A stretch of 61,094 nucleotides of DNA, the filler included. It is 4 parts of 4 records of this genome, joined end to end, with 100 filler letters (N's around TTAATTAATTAA, not from the genome) between each part and the next. Parts side by side here need not be neighbours in the genome. Positions count along the whole stretch, not along the records: positions 1 to 18,263 come from DRR723986_6723; 3 more parts are not named here. One strand, given 5' to 3'. Positions within the stretch are counted from its first letter, which is position 1, and each line of letters starts with the position of its first letter. The notes under the pieces are model-generated. The model saw only the letters and a program-made list of their open reading frames with translations. It made no database searches and was not told where the DNA came from. This document shows positions 1 to 10,500 of the stretch, in pieces. The position numbers and the translations under genes were made by a program.

Positions 1-55
1 CATCATCTTTCAACCTGTCAAACACTTTTGGCAAATAAATTCGAAGAATCTTTAC

Positions 56-787
56 ATGAAAGTTAGACCGAGCGTAAAAATACTGCAATCACAAGGACTT
101 GGCAGCCGTCGTGAATGTGAAAATATTTTCTGGAATTCTGAGATTTTTCGTGACGGGATGCGCATCGACCCCGAAATTGATGAAATTTCTTTGGGAGACC
201 ACCTGTTAATTGACGGAAAAAGCTTTGAAATTACCCAACATAAATATGTGTTGATGCACAAGCCAGCTGGCTATGAGACCTCCCACCTACCCAGCCACAA
301 CCCCTCGGTATTTGATCTGCTGCCCAAACACTATATAAAGCGCGGCTTGCAGGCTGCTGGCCGACTTGACGTGGACACAACCGGCTTACTGTTGTTCTCA
401 GATGACGGTCAGTTTATTCATCGGCTGATCAGCGGCAAGGTAGGTACGAAACAGGAAATAGAAAAGATTTATGAAGTGACCGGCACGCAGCCATTTACTG
501 AGTTGCAATTGCAACGATTGCTGGAAGGCGTTGACCTCGACGACGAGCCAGAGATTATCTACGCCAGCAAAGCCGCCTTATTGCCTGATGGAAGACTTGA
601 ATTGGGCATTACAACGGGCAAGTATCATCAGGTTAAAAGGATGGTTGCAGCTGTCGGCAATCATGTTGAAGCACTGCACCGACGAGTGGTCGGCCCTTAC
701 GAATTGCCGACAGACTTGGCCGTTGGCTCCTATATAGAAGTAGACCCAAGCCCGGTGTTAAACAGGAACATATCGAAAACAGTCTGA
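56..787 (+). CDS. rsuA: RsuA-family RNA pseudouridine synthase
   Basis: S4-like N-terminus, LMHKPAGY, catalytic GRLDVDTTGLLL, GKYHQVKRM motifs. Confidence 0.85.
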   Translation: MKVRPSVKILQSQGLGSRRECENIFWNSEIFRDGMRIDPEIDEISLGDHLLIDGKSFEITQHKYVLMHKPAGYETSHLPSHNPSVFDLLPKHYIKRGLQAAGRLDVDTTGLLLFSDDGQFIHRLISGKVGTKQEIEKIYEVTGTQPFTELQLQRLLEGVDLDDEPEIIYASKAALLPDGRLELGITTGKYHQVKRMVAAVGNHVEALHRRVVGPYELPTDLAVGSYIEVDPSPVLNRNISKTV

Positions 788-911
788 ATTAAAAGGCTTT
801 ATTACCCTTCAACCCCTCAAAAATGCCCTGAATTCACACGCGAAGATGTGTTGTGCCAACAATCACTTCGAGTACAATACGGGGCTTAAATTTTAAATCC
901 TCATCAAACTC

Positions 912-1472
912 ATGAAAACAGCACAAGAAGTCCGCCTAGGCAACGTGGTAATGGTTGGTAAAGACCCCATGGTGGTTTTGAAGACCGAATACAACAAATC
1001 AGGCCGCAATGCCGCAGTTGTAAAAATGAAAATGAAAAACCTGCTGACCGGCGCAGGAATGGAAAGCGTGTACAAGGCAGACGAAAAGTTCGAACTGTTG
1101 GTTCTTGAACGCAAAGAGGTGACTTATTCCTACTTCGCAGACCCAATGTACGTTTTCATGGATGCGGATTACAACCAGTATGAAGTGGAAGCCGAGAACA
1201 TGGGCGACGCCCTGAACTATCTGGACGATGGAATGGAGTGTGAGGTTGTGTTCTATGACGGCAAGGCACTGTCTGTGGAATTACCGACAAGCTTGGTGCG
1301 TGAAGTTGAATACACGGAACCAGCTGTACGTGGCGATACTTCTGGCAAAATCATGAAGGCCGCACGTATCAAGCCCACCAGCTTTGAAATTCAGGTGCCC
1401 GCTTTCGTTGAAATTGGCGACAAGATTGAAATCGACACACGCACCGCAGAATATCGCAACCGCGTGAAGTAA
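912..1472 (+). CDS. efp: Elongation factor P (Arg32, rhamnosylation type)
   Basis: KSGRNAA loop, [18 protein letters not shown] motifs. Confidence 0.98.
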   Translation: MKTAQEVRLGNVVMVGKDPMVVLKTEYNKSGRNAAVVKMKMKNLLTGAGMESVYKADEKFELLVLERKEVTYSYFADPMYVFMDADYNQYEVEAENMGDALNYLDDGMECEVVFYDGKALSVELPTSLVREVEYTEPAVRGDTSGKIMKAARIKPTSFEIQVPAFVEIGDKIEIDTRTAEYRNRVK

Positions 1473-1497
1473 ATCATTCAATACAAAGTGGACTAGC

Positions 1498-1527
1498 AGG
1501 GGCCCCATAGGGGCCCTTTGTGTTTTT
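1498..1527 (+). terminator. Putative intrinsic terminator after efp
   Basis: GGGCCCC-ata-GGGGCCC stem followed by TTTGTGTTTTT. Confidence 0.6.
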
Positions 1528-1542
1528 CCAGCTTGAGGTTCT

Positions 1543-2613
1543 ATGCACATCGGGATTGTTTGCAAGGTAATCGATAATTTCGGCGATGCTGGCTTTTCCC
1601 TCCGATTGGCGAAAGCCTTGGCAGAGAGGGGTCATAGCGTCGATTTGTTTCACGACGACTCAGCCACTTTTCGGGCTTTGTATCCGACCCCAGACAACGG
1701 CAACCTCAAGCTAATCGATGCAATCAAGACCAACATCGAAACCGAGGGTCTACAAAAGCCAGATTTGATTCTGGAACCATTCGGGACTTCAAGTGAGCAA
1801 ACCGCGTACCGCTTCGACTTGGTTCTGAAACGCCAGTTTCCCAAGACACCCTGGTTACTGATTGACTACCTCTCTTCTGAAAAATGGATTGAAAGCTTTC
1901 ACTTAAGCAATTCTATTGACCCCAATACAGGTCATGTCACTACTTTTTTTTACCCCGGCTTTACCGAGCAAACGGGTGGGTTGATTCATTGCGACTACCC
2001 CAGGCACCTGGCTGGAAAACGATTGTTAACAAGCAAGACATGCCTTCGAGTTTTTGTTTTTGCCTATCCGAACGCACCCATCAGAGGCCTGATAAACACC
2101 TGTAATTCTTTAAATTCTCAGGGAAACGAAATAAGCATTGGACTTGCCGGGAATTCTTTAACGCTTGAGCCGGACGACTGCGCCAGCGCTATTCCATTTG
2201 TTGCACAAAGTGAGTTCGATAAATTGCTGGCGCAATATGACATGCTGTTTGTGCGAGGAGAAGACTCGTTCGTGAGAGCACAACTGGCCGGAAAACCATT
2301 CATCTGGCAAATCTACCCGACCGAAGACAATGCACATTTTGAGAAACTTGCGTGTTTTTTTGATCTGTACGCCAATGGGCTTGGCGCGGATTGCAAGTTA
2401 GCGCTTTGGAACAGCTGGCTGGCATGGAATGGCGTGAATACTCACGGCGATTTTGGAATGATCTGGATGGCACTCTTGCCACATTTGCCCGAATTGGACG
2501 TTCATGCGATGAAGTGGCAATCCCGAATTCTCAATGGGAAAGAACTTGTAAAGGAAGTTCTTACATGGCACGGTTCACAGACTCTTACTTTGAAGGAAAA
2601 GCCTGATTTATAA
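1543..2613 (+). CDS. earP: EF-P arginine rhamnosyltransferase EarP
   Basis: CKVIDNFGDAG, FFYPGFTEQTGGL, FVRGEDSFVRAQLAGKPFIWQIYP; adjacent to Arg-type efp. Confidence 0.93.
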   Translation: MHIGIVCKVIDNFGDAGFSLRLAKALAERGHSVDLFHDDSATFRALYPTPDNGNLKLIDAIKTNIETEGLQKPDLILEPFGTSSEQTAYRFDLVLKRQFPKTPWLLIDYLSSEKWIESFHLSNSIDPNTGHVTTFFYPGFTEQTGGLIHCDYPRHLAGKRLLTSKTCLRVFVFAYPNAPIRGLINTCNSLNSQGNEISIGLAGNSLTLEPDDCASAIPFVAQSEFDKLLAQYDMLFVRGEDSFVRAQLAGKPFIWQIYPTEDNAHFEKLACFFDLYANGLGADCKLALWNSWLAWNGVNTHGDFGMIWMALLPHLPELDVHAMKWQSRILNGKELVKEVLTWHGSQTLTLKEKPDL

Positions 2614-2684
2614 GGCTTTTCTCAACAAAACAAATATCAAGAAAGGACAGAAACTGAATTCAAGTTCAACGCTTGGATTCTGCA

Positions 2685-3344
2685 ATGCTGTCATTTCTGC
2701 TCTCACTAGGTCTGGGTTTTGGCTCAATCAACCTGACACAACTGCCTGCGCACCAAGTTGAAAAAATTGCCAAGGAAGTTTTGGTTGAACTGGGTGCAGA
2801 AATGCGAACCAAACCCTCGCTCATTGTGACCGAACGTCCCGAGCCCACACCATTGGGCGCCTTGGCTTATGCCAATGGAAAATGCGTGGTCATCGTGAAT
2901 ACGAATGAGGCGGCCTGGGCGCAGTGGGGACGATTCTTGAATGATCAAAATCGCGCACATTGGCCTCAAATTATCGCAGCCTCCGTGGCGCACGAAATGG
3001 GTCACTGTTTCAGAGAAAGCCGTTCATTCGTGGCTAACTACGAGGTGAATGAGGACGAGTTCAGAGGGATTCAAAACACGGGAAGTTTTGGTCCAAAGCC
3101 AGAGATGGTTTACAAACAGGAACTGTTTGCCGACACGGTTGCAATTCTGTACGCAAAAGAAAACGCCGGGAATGATGCCCATCATGTAATCGAGTCGATG
3201 ATCCAGGCGCGGGAGAAGTTCAGCGCCAATGACCCGACCCATAACACTTCAAAGGTACTGAACCGACTAATTGCCAAGGACACATCGCGTCAAGGCGATG
3301 AAACTTTGGGTTCAACAGCCACACGTTTGCTATCCGGGCTGTAA
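2685..3344 (+). CDS. Hypothetical exported protein with HExxH zincin motif
   Basis: Hydrophobic N-terminus, VAHEMGHC and downstream ELFAD; ATG at 2685 preferred to TTG at 2673. Confidence 0.6.
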   Translation: MLSFLLSLGLGFGSINLTQLPAHQVEKIAKEVLVELGAEMRTKPSLIVTERPEPTPLGALAYANGKCVVIVNTNEAAWAQWGRFLNDQNRAHWPQIIAASVAHEMGHCFRESRSFVANYEVNEDEFRGIQNTGSFGPKPEMVYKQELFADTVAILYAKENAGNDAHHVIESMIQAREKFSANDPTHNTSKVLNRLIAKDTSRQGDETLGSTATRLLSGL

Positions 3345-3357
3345 GGGCGACAAACCC

Positions 3358-4254
3358 CTATTTGGCGCGCGGAAAGGCGTTGTCATAGACGCTGGATAGA
3401 TGATCGAAATCAAGTGCGGTGTAGACCTGTGTGGATGCGATGGACGCATGCCCCAACAGTTCCTGAACGGCTCGCAAGTTCTGCGTGCCTTGCAATAAAT
3501 GACTCCCAAATGAGTGACGCAACATGTGGGGATGCAAATGCTGTCCCAAACCGCATTTTGAGGCATGCTCGGCGATATCCCGTTGAGCTTGCCTGACCGT
3601 CAATGCCAACCCTTTGGCCGATACGAACAAAGCGGTTTCTTGCCCTTTTCCATGCTTAAGCAGGTGACTCTGACGGGGCTCTGCGAATTCTCTGAGGCGG
3701 AATTGCAACGCATCTACGACAGGCACAATTCGGGCCTTGCGCCCCTTGCCTACGACCCTCAATTCTGTCGATCCATTCAAGGCCTCTGCTTGAAGAGTCA
3801 ATGCCTCACTGATTCGAAGACCGGTGCAATACAGCAGTTCAATAAGGACATGCGCCTGAGCGAAGCGAAACTCTTGCGGAAGTGGTTTGGCAAGCAAGGC
3901 AGCCAAAGAGTCAACCCCTACTGCTTTGGGTAAAGATCTTGGAAGTTTGGGAGTTTTGAGGCCCAGGGTGGGATCTACCTCGACAATGCCGTTGTTTAGC
4001 AGATATTTAAAGAATCCTCTCCAGCTTGATGCCAAACGCGCCAAGCTGGCGGGCGCAGCGCCGTTTGCATGGCGTTGCGCAAGGATTGATTTCAGTGTTG
4101 TGCCGGTGACCTGTCCCGGCGGCGTATCAATCAATGAAAGGTCACGCTGCGCCGCCATGACGGTGTTATTGCTGTGACGACACTCAAAGCGCAGGTAATC
4201 CAGATATCGCTGAATCAGGAGTGAGTGTTCTGGAGTCTGCTCAGCGCTGCGCAT
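3358..4254 (-). CDS. xerC: Tyrosine recombinase XerC
   Basis: TGLRISE, GKGRK, HPHMLRHSFGSH, LLGHASIASTQVY; dapF-DUF484-xerC synteny; start uncertain (40-nt overlap with upstream gene). Confidence 0.92.
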   Translation of the reverse strand: MRSAEQTPEHSLLIQRYLDYLRFECRHSNNTVMAAQRDLSLIDTPPGQVTGTTLKSILAQRHANGAAPASLARLASSWRGFFKYLLNNGIVEVDPTLGLKTPKLPRSLPKAVGVDSLAALLAKPLPQEFRFAQAHVLIELLYCTGLRISEALTLQAEALNGSTELRVVGKGRKARIVPVVDALQFRLREFAEPRQSHLLKHGKGQETALFVSAKGLALTVRQAQRDIAEHASKCGLGQHLHPHMLRHSFGSHLLQGTQNLRAVQELLGHASIASTQVYTALDFDHLSSVYDNAFPRAK

Positions 4255-4865
4255 GCGGTCTCTGCCAGAGTGTTCAAGAAATCAGTTTCTAGAGTCGGCG
4301 AAAAACGGTCCTTATCCGGAGAACCAAAGCCCAAACAACCAAATGTAACGGGACTCACACCAACACGCAGAGGGATCAATACCACCGAACGCGGAACTAC
4401 CTGCTCGCCATCAAAAACCGACAGGGTGGGCGCGTTCTCGGAAAAACCGCAGTAGAGACTTTTCATCCCATCGATAAGCGCTTTGTCGGAATCACTGATG
4501 GGTGAACTGTCCTCCTCCCAAAGCTGCAGGCGAACAATAGGCACGACAAACTTTTTTTTGATTGATTCAACCAACACAGAGGGCAAATCACTCGCATTTT
4601 TCACTGTGAGTAAGGTGCGCGTAATTGATTGAAGGTTATTAATAATCGCTTGGTTTTCGACGGCGGCATGTGTCATCTCGACCACCCGGTGCTCGAGAGA
4701 TTTAACCTTCTCGCGCATGGTTTGAACCTGACGCTCATGCAGCGATGCCACGTTCCCGTTGCTTTGCTCTGGTAGTTTGATAAACGCGAGAATACCCGGA
4801 TTCTTGATTAAAAAATCAGGGTGTGCTTTGAGAAAATCGGCAACCTGAACGGCCTCATCAGTCAT
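4215..4865 (-). CDS. DUF484 (YigA-like) family protein
   Basis: VADFLKAHPDF, SLHERQ, LGFGSPDKDRF; ATG at 4865 overlaps dapF stop (ATGA). Confidence 0.88.
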   Translation of the reverse strand: MTDEAVQVADFLKAHPDFLIKNPGILAFIKLPEQSNGNVASLHERQVQTMREKVKSLEHRVVEMTHAAVENQAIINNLQSITRTLLTVKNASDLPSVLVESIKKKFVVPIVRLQLWEEDSSPISDSDKALIDGMKSLYCGFSENAPTLSVFDGEQVVPRSVVLIPLRVGVSPVTFGCLGFGSPDKDRFSPTLETDFLNTLAETACAALSRLQNTHS

Positions 4866-5737
4866 AAGTAAAACTCTCCTTCGAAAACGGTTTGTGCCGG
4901 ACCTGTCATCAAGACATCGCTGTCCTGCTGTCCACTCCATTCAATGGTGAGGGTTCCACCGGCTTTGACAACATCTACAGACTCGGCAATGAGCCCCATT
5001 TTCATGCCAACCACAGCGGCTGCACAGGCACCTGTACCACATGCAAGGGTTTCGCCCACCCCACGCTCATAGACCCGAAGATGAACCCGACTGCGATCTA
5101 CAACATGAAGAAAGCCGACATTGACCCGTTCAGGAAACCGAGGGTGTGATTCAAGCGTAGCGCCCAAGCGCTGAACCAAATCGTCGGAGGCTGGTTGGTC
5201 CAAAAGAATAACCACATGGGGATTGCCCATAGACGCGACTCCTACCCACAACTCCTCCAGGTCAGAACCCGAGTCGACTGGAAGTTTGTATTGGGTCAGA
5301 CCGCCCACCTTTCGACTGGACAAACCCTCCGCAATAAAGGGCACCTTGGCTGGATTCAGTTCGGCCGGGCCCATATTGACTTTGACCCAATTGTGTTTGA
5401 TCAATTCCGGCTGAATAATACCAGCGAGAGTTTCGACAGTGATTTGGTTCTTTTGAGTAAGCCCTTTGTCAAATACATACTGAGCAAAACAGCGTGCACC
5501 ATTTCCACACTGCTGCACCTCTTGACCATCCGCATTGAAAATCCGGTATTTGAAGTCAGCAAGTTCCGAGGATTCAACAATTAGAACTTGATCAGCACCG
5601 ACACCAAAATGGCGGTCCGCAAGCCGCTTGACCAAGTCATGACTCAGGTCTATTTGACCAGCGCAATTGTCCAACACAACGAAATCGTTGCCAGCACCAT
5701 GCATTTTGGTGAACTTAAGTGTGTTCGAAGTTGTCAT
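4862..5737 (-). CDS. dapF: Diaminopimelate epimerase
   Basis: FTKMHGAGNDF, CGNGARC, MGNPH, ERGVGETLACGTGACA. Confidence 0.98.
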   Translation of the reverse strand: MTTSNTLKFTKMHGAGNDFVVLDNCAGQIDLSHDLVKRLADRHFGVGADQVLIVESSELADFKYRIFNADGQEVQQCGNGARCFAQYVFDKGLTQKNQITVETLAGIIQPELIKHNWVKVNMGPAELNPAKVPFIAEGLSSRKVGGLTQYKLPVDSGSDLEELWVGVASMGNPHVVILLDQPASDDLVQRLGATLESHPRFPERVNVGFLHVVDRSRVHLRVYERGVGETLACGTGACAAAVVGMKMGLIAESVDVVKAGGTLTIEWSGQQDSDVLMTGPAQTVFEGEFYL

Positions 5738-5777
5738 CGTCGCTCTGTCAAGAACCGTGGTTTGTCTGTTTCAAGTA

Positions 5778-6653
5778 TCAGTATATTCTGGACTCGCCAG
5801 CCGGGCGGGTTTTGAATCGCTTGTGCAACCACAAGTACTGTGCAATGTTGTCTTTCACCCAAGACTCGATGTAATGGTTCATCAGTTGTGTTGATTCGGT
5901 GTCGTCGTCCAGCGGAAAGTTGGGCAATGGTTCATGAATATGAATGCGATATCGACCCTTGCTGTACTTGGTGGTGACCGGAACGACCCGCGCTTCGAGC
6001 AACTTGGACAACCGTGCCACTGCCGTTACGGTGGCGGCCTTCACCCCGAAGAAGCTGACAAATACTGAGTCACGCTCACCAAAATCCATGTCGGGCAAAT
6101 AGTACAGGGGGCGCCCTTTTTTCATCGCAGTCAATAATGGACGCACTCCCTGTTGGCGAGACAACAGGAGTTGATCTCCAAACTTGGAGCGTCCTTGCAA
6201 TATCAACGAATTCAACACGGGATTCTTCTGGTTTGAATACATCGTGACCATATCGATTTCAAGACAGAGGCGACTCCATGCCGCATCGAGTCCCAAAAAA
6301 TGTGGGGCCAGGAATATGGTTGGAGATGCGTCACTTAAAGCGGTCAAAGCTTCGGGGTTCTCAATGTGGACCCGATCACGCACTATTGTTTCATTTCCCG
6401 ACCACAGCCAGGCCCTGTCCAGAAAAGTGCGCAGGTAAAAGTAAATATGAGTTACTGCCCAGCATGTGCGCTGAAAGATGGACGACTCAGGAAAACACAA
6501 GGCAAGGTTGGTGAGCACCACTGTCCGGCGCTCACGGGCCAGTACGTACAAAAACATGGCCAGCAATAACGAAATGGACGAGGAAATCAGTCGATAGGCA
6601 AAAAATGGCAGCCGAGCAAGCGAAAACCATATTGAGATGAGAAATTGAGTCAC
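5778..6653 (-). CDS. Lipid A biosynthesis acyltransferase (LpxL/HtrB family)
   Basis: PHFLGLD, YLPDMDFG, QYLWLHKRFKTRP. Confidence 0.9.
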   Translation of the reverse strand: MTQFLISIWFSLARLPFFAYRLISSSISLLLAMFLYVLARERRTVVLTNLALCFPESSIFQRTCWAVTHIYFYLRTFLDRAWLWSGNETIVRDRVHIENPEALTALSDASPTIFLAPHFLGLDAAWSRLCLEIDMVTMYSNQKNPVLNSLILQGRSKFGDQLLLSRQQGVRPLLTAMKKGRPLYYLPDMDFGERDSVFVSFFGVKAATVTAVARLSKLLEARVVPVTTKYSKGRYRIHIHEPLPNFPLDDDTESTQLMNHYIESWVKDNIAQYLWLHKRFKTRPAGESRIY

Positions 6654-7516
6654 GATTGTCCTTGATGGCCCTGTTGACCTTTAGGAGGTTTGTAACGTTC
6701 GTAGCCCCAATAATACTGCTCGGGATGCATTTGAATCAGCCGCTCCATCGCTGCATTAACTTGGGCGGCTGCCTCGACAGGATCCGCGCTGAGTGACTCG
6801 GGACCTTGGTACAACTCGAGGGTAAAACCCTGTCCACCTGGCTTTCTGTAACCGATTGCCAAAACAATCGATGCACCTGTTGCATGGTGGAGTCGACCCG
6901 GTAAAGTCATGGTGTATGCGGGCTGACCAAACATCGGAGCCCAAACACCCTCACCCTGCGCTGGAACCTGATCAGGAAGCATGCCGACAGCCTCACCTCG
7001 CTTGAGCGCCTTGAGCAGGATTTTCACACCACCTATCGTCGTGGGCGCTAGGGCAACATTGTCGCGTGCACGGCTATCTTCAATGATGTCTTGAAGTTCG
7101 GCCTTCCGGTTGGGACGATACAGGACGGTGATGGGCGCACGAGTTGAAAAGATTTGAGCCGTTGATTCAAAACTCCCCATGTGCGGTGTGAGAAAGATGA
7201 TGCCTTTCCCCTTTGCCCGGGCTCTTTCCACGACATCCCAGCCGGTGATATCAGTGCATCGCGCTGCGCCTTGCTGAGTAGACAAGCCCCAAAGAAAAGG
7301 TAGTTCCAATAGTGCCATTCCCGCATGCCTGACCGAACCTTTCACGGCAGCAAGACGCGCCAATTCATCATGCGGAAAGGCAATTTTGGAGTGGATTTCA
7401 ATTTTTCGGCGATAGCTGGCCGACAACCCATAGACAGCCCATCCCAAATACGCACCCAGCGCATGGAGAACCGGCAAAGGGAAAACCGACAGTGCTTTGA
7501 ACAAATTTTTGATCAT
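6650..7516 (-). CDS. Lipid A / lysophospholipid acyltransferase (LpxL family), second paralogue
   Basis: TPHMGSFE, GMLPDQVP, PEQYYWGYERYK; start moved to 7516 so it does not overlap the metK riboswitch. Confidence 0.88.
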   Translation of the reverse strand: MIKNLFKALSVFPLPVLHALGAYLGWAVYGLSASYRRKIEIHSKIAFPHDELARLAAVKGSVRHAGMALLELPFLWGLSTQQGAARCTDITGWDVVERARAKGKGIIFLTPHMGSFESTAQIFSTRAPITVLYRPNRKAELQDIIEDSRARDNVALAPTTIGGVKILLKALKRGEAVGMLPDQVPAQGEGVWAPMFGQPAYTMTLPGRLHHATGASIVLAIGYRKPGGQGFTLELYQGPESLSADPVEAAAQVNAAMERLIQMHPEQYYWGYERYKPPKGQQGHQGQS

Positions 7517-7575
7517 GGGGCAGATTGTAACCAGTACCCGCTTTGCCATCGCCCCCGAATGTTGTATATTTCGTG

Positions 7576-7634
7576 AGTTCGCTGAGTTAAATGACAACTT
7601 GCGGGGCGAACTAAAACAAATCTGCTAAAGCGTC
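7576..7634 (+). promoter_or_regulatory. SAM-II class riboswitch upstream of metK
   Basis: P1 AGTTCGC/GCGAACT enclosing GAC..TTGC, then AAAT-CT-GCTAAA and GTC able to pseudoknot with GAC; position before metK. Confidence 0.75.
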
Positions 7635-7694
7635 GCCGGGCTTCAAACGAACATGGCGGCCGTACCAACCCCTTGTTTTTTTGGAGCTTTTTTA

Positions 7695-8861
7695 ATGTCT
7701 AATGAATTTTTCTTCACTTCCGAATCCGTCTCAGAAGGTCACCCGGACAAAGTGGCTGACCAAATTTCCGACGCAGTTTTAGACGCAATTCTCGAACAGG
7801 ACCCCACGGCGCGCGTTGCCGCTGAAACACTGACCAATACCGGTTTGGTGGTGATGGCTGGGGAAATCACAACCTCTGCCCAAGTGAACTACATTGACGT
7901 AGCGCGCGATACACTGAAAAAAATTGGCTACGACAACGGCGATTTTGGTATCGATTACAAAAGCTGCGCCGTGATGGTCTGCTATGACCGTCAAAGTCCG
8001 GATATCGCTCAGGGCGTGGACAAAGCGCACGACAATGATTTGGACCAGGGCGCTGGTGACCAAGGCTTGATGTTTGGCTACGCAGTGAACGAAACCCGCG
8101 AATTGATGCCACTGGCCATCAGTCTTTCACATCAGCTGGTTCAGCGCCAAAGCCTGCTTCGCAAGGATGGCCGTTTGTCTTGGTTGCGCCCGGATGCTAA
8201 ATCGCAAGTCACCATCAAGTATGTGGACGGAAAACCTTTCTGTATCGACACGGTAGTGCTTTCAACCCAACACGCACCGGATATCGAGTTGGCAACACTG
8301 CGAGAAGCTGTGATTGAAGAGGTGATCAAGCCAGTTTTGCCCAAAGAACTCGTGAAAGGAAATATCAACTTTTTGGTGAATCCAACCGGACGCTTTGTGA
8401 TTGGTGGCCCACAGGGTGACTGCGGTTTAACAGGTCGCAAAATTATCGTGGACACATACGGTGGCGCAGCTCCTCACGGTGGCGGTGCATTTTCGGGAAA
8501 GGATCCTTCCAAGGTGGACCGTTCCGCGGCCTATGCAGGCCGTTACGTGGCAAAGAACATTGTTGCAGCGGGCTTGGCCGAGAAATGCCTGGTCCAGGTG
8601 AGCTACGCCATCGGCGTTGCACGCCCTACTTCGATCATGGTGAATACGTTCGGTACAGGAAAAATTGAGGACAGTGCAATTACTGAATTGGTGAGAGCCC
8701 ACTTTGACTTGCGTCCCAAGGGAATTGTACAAATGCTGGATTTGCTGCGACCAATTTATGCGAAAACAGCGGCTTATGGTCACTTTGGACGCGAAGAACC
8801 AGAATTCAGCTGGGAACGTACGGACAAGGCAGAAGCTTTGAAAGCCGCAGCCGGCGTTTAA
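7695..8861 (+). CDS. metK: S-adenosylmethionine synthetase
   Basis: [28 protein letters not shown]; start at MSNEFF. Confidence 0.98.
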   Translation: MSNEFFFTSESVSEGHPDKVADQISDAVLDAILEQDPTARVAAETLTNTGLVVMAGEITTSAQVNYIDVARDTLKKIGYDNGDFGIDYKSCAVMVCYDRQSPDIAQGVDKAHDNDLDQGAGDQGLMFGYAVNETRELMPLAISLSHQLVQRQSLLRKDGRLSWLRPDAKSQVTIKYVDGKPFCIDTVVLSTQHAPDIELATLREAVIEEVIKPVLPKELVKGNINFLVNPTGRFVIGGPQGDCGLTGRKIIVDTYGGAAPHGGGAFSGKDPSKVDRSAAYAGRYVAKNIVAAGLAEKCLVQVSYAIGVARPTSIMVNTFGTGKIEDSAITELVRAHFDLRPKGIVQMLDLLRPIYAKTAAYGHFGREEPEFSWERTDKAEALKAAAGV

Positions 8862-8942
8862 CAGAAAATACAGGCAGATCAGGAAAGTGCCAGCATGAAT
8901 ACTGCTTGGCCTTCCTGAGTCAACCCTGTTACAATTTAAGAC

Positions 8943-9018
8943 GTTCGAGGAGCGTTGCGACACACCCATGCTTTTTTGGGGTGCTAGGCTCGAACAAGAA
9001 ATAAACAACGGCGCTCAC
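8943..9018 (+). promoter_or_regulatory. SAH riboswitch
   Basis: GTTCGAGGAGCGTTGCGAC...AGGCTCGAAC...AACGGCGCTCAC fits the SAH riboswitch pattern; directly before ahcY; TACAAT -10 at 8930-8935. Confidence 0.92.
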
Positions 9019-9054
9019 GCTTCTTTCTTTATGAACTTTAAAAAGGAGGGCGTG

Positions 9055-10482
9055 ATGAACGCCATTGCAAAACCAATCACCGCCGACGGCGAAAACGACT
9101 TTTTCGTAGCCGACATCAATCTGGCCGATTTTGGCCGCAAAGAAATCGCGATTGCAGAAACTGAAATGCCTGGCCTGATGGCCATTCGCAAAGAGTTTGC
9201 GGCATCCCAGCCCCTCAAAGGCGCACGCATCACCGGTTCACTACACATGACCATTCAAACGGCCGTGCTGATTGAAACACTTGCTGCGTTGGGTGCTGAA
9301 GTACGCTGGGCCTCTTGTAACATTTACTCGACACAAGATCACGCTGCCGCAGCGATTGCCGCCGCTGGTATTCCTGTATTTGCATTCAAAGGCGAATCAC
9401 TGACCGATTACTGGAACTTCACTCACCGTATTTTTGAATGGGCTGATGGTGGTTATTCCAACATGATCTTGGACGATGGCGGTGATGCAACCATGTTGCT
9501 GCACCTTGGCACCAAGGCTGAGAAAGACATTAGCGTGCTGAACAACCCAGGCAGTGAGGAAGAAATTTGCCTGTTTGAATCAATCAAAAAGACCCTGAAA
9601 AACGATCCGACCTGGTACTCCAAGCGCCTGAAAGAAATCAAGGGTGTGACTGAGGAAACCACGACTGGCGTACACCGTTTGTATGAAATGCACAAGAAGG
9701 GCGAACTGGCCTTCCCTGCCATTAACGTGAACGATTCTGTGACCAAGTCCAAGTTCGACAACCTGTATGGCTGCCGCGAATCGCTGGTTGACGGCATCAA
9801 GCGAGCAACCGATGTGATGATCGCCGGCAAAGTGGCTGTTGTAGCCGGCTACGGTGACGTGGGCAAGGGTTCTGCACAGGCCCTGCGCGCCCTGTCAGCC
9901 CAGGTTTGGGTGACCGAAATCGATCCGATTTGCGCATTGCAGGCTGCTATGGAAGGCTACCGTGTGGTGACCATGGACTACGCTGCTGACAAAGCAGATA
10001 TTTTCGTGACAGCCACAGGTAACAAAGACATCATCACCCATGATCACATGCTGAAGATGAAAGATCAGGCCATCGTTTGCAACATTGGTCACTTTGACAA
10101 TGAAATTGACATTGCCAGCGTGAAAAAATACCAGTGGGAGAACATCAAGCCCCAAGTTGATCACATCATTTTCCCCGACGGCAAGCGCATCATCATGCTG
10201 GCCGAAGGCCGCCTGGTGAACCTGGGCTGTGGTACCGGCCACCCCTCATTTGTCATGTCCTCAAGCTTTGCCAACCAAACCATTGCGCAAATCGAGCTGT
10301 GGACGCAAAACGAGAAGTATCCCGTGGGTGTGTATGTATTGCCCAAGCACCTGGACGAGAAGGTAGCCCGCCTGCATCTGATGAAAATTGGCGCCCAGCT
10401 TACGGAACTGAGCCCTGCGCAAGCAAGCTACATTGGCGTGAAGCAAGACGGCCCTTACAAGCCAGACCACTACCGCTACTAA
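9055..10482 (+). CDS. ahcY: Adenosylhomocysteinase
   Basis: [45 protein letters not shown] before ATG 9055. Confidence 0.98.
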   Translation: MNAIAKPITADGENDFFVADINLADFGRKEIAIAETEMPGLMAIRKEFAASQPLKGARITGSLHMTIQTAVLIETLAALGAEVRWASCNIYSTQDHAAAAIAAAGIPVFAFKGESLTDYWNFTHRIFEWADGGYSNMILDDGGDATMLLHLGTKAEKDISVLNNPGSEEEICLFESIKKTLKNDPTWYSKRLKEIKGVTEETTTGVHRLYEMHKKGELAFPAINVNDSVTKSKFDNLYGCRESLVDGIKRATDVMIAGKVAVVAGYGDVGKGSAQALRALSAQVWVTEIDPICALQAAMEGYRVVTMDYAADKADIFVTATGNKDIITHDHMLKMKDQAIVCNIGHFDNEIDIASVKKYQWENIKPQVDHIIFPDGKRIIMLAEGRLVNLGCGTGHPSFVMSSSFANQTIAQIELWTQNEKYPVGVYVLPKHLDEKVARLHLMKIGAQLTELSPAQASYIGVKQDGPYKPDHYRY

Positions 10483-10500
10483 TTCGGTAAAGAGTCACTT

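Noticed and set aside
3358-4254. Tyrosine recombinase as a prophage or island integrase
   Set aside because: The dapF-DUF484-xerC context marks it as housekeeping XerC.
8968-9054. N-terminal extension of ahcY in the ORF track (likewise metK, argF, dauB, clpP, second lpxL, Rrf2)
   Set aside because: Extensions run through riboswitches or neighbouring genes; downstream starts fit SD sites and family N-termini better.
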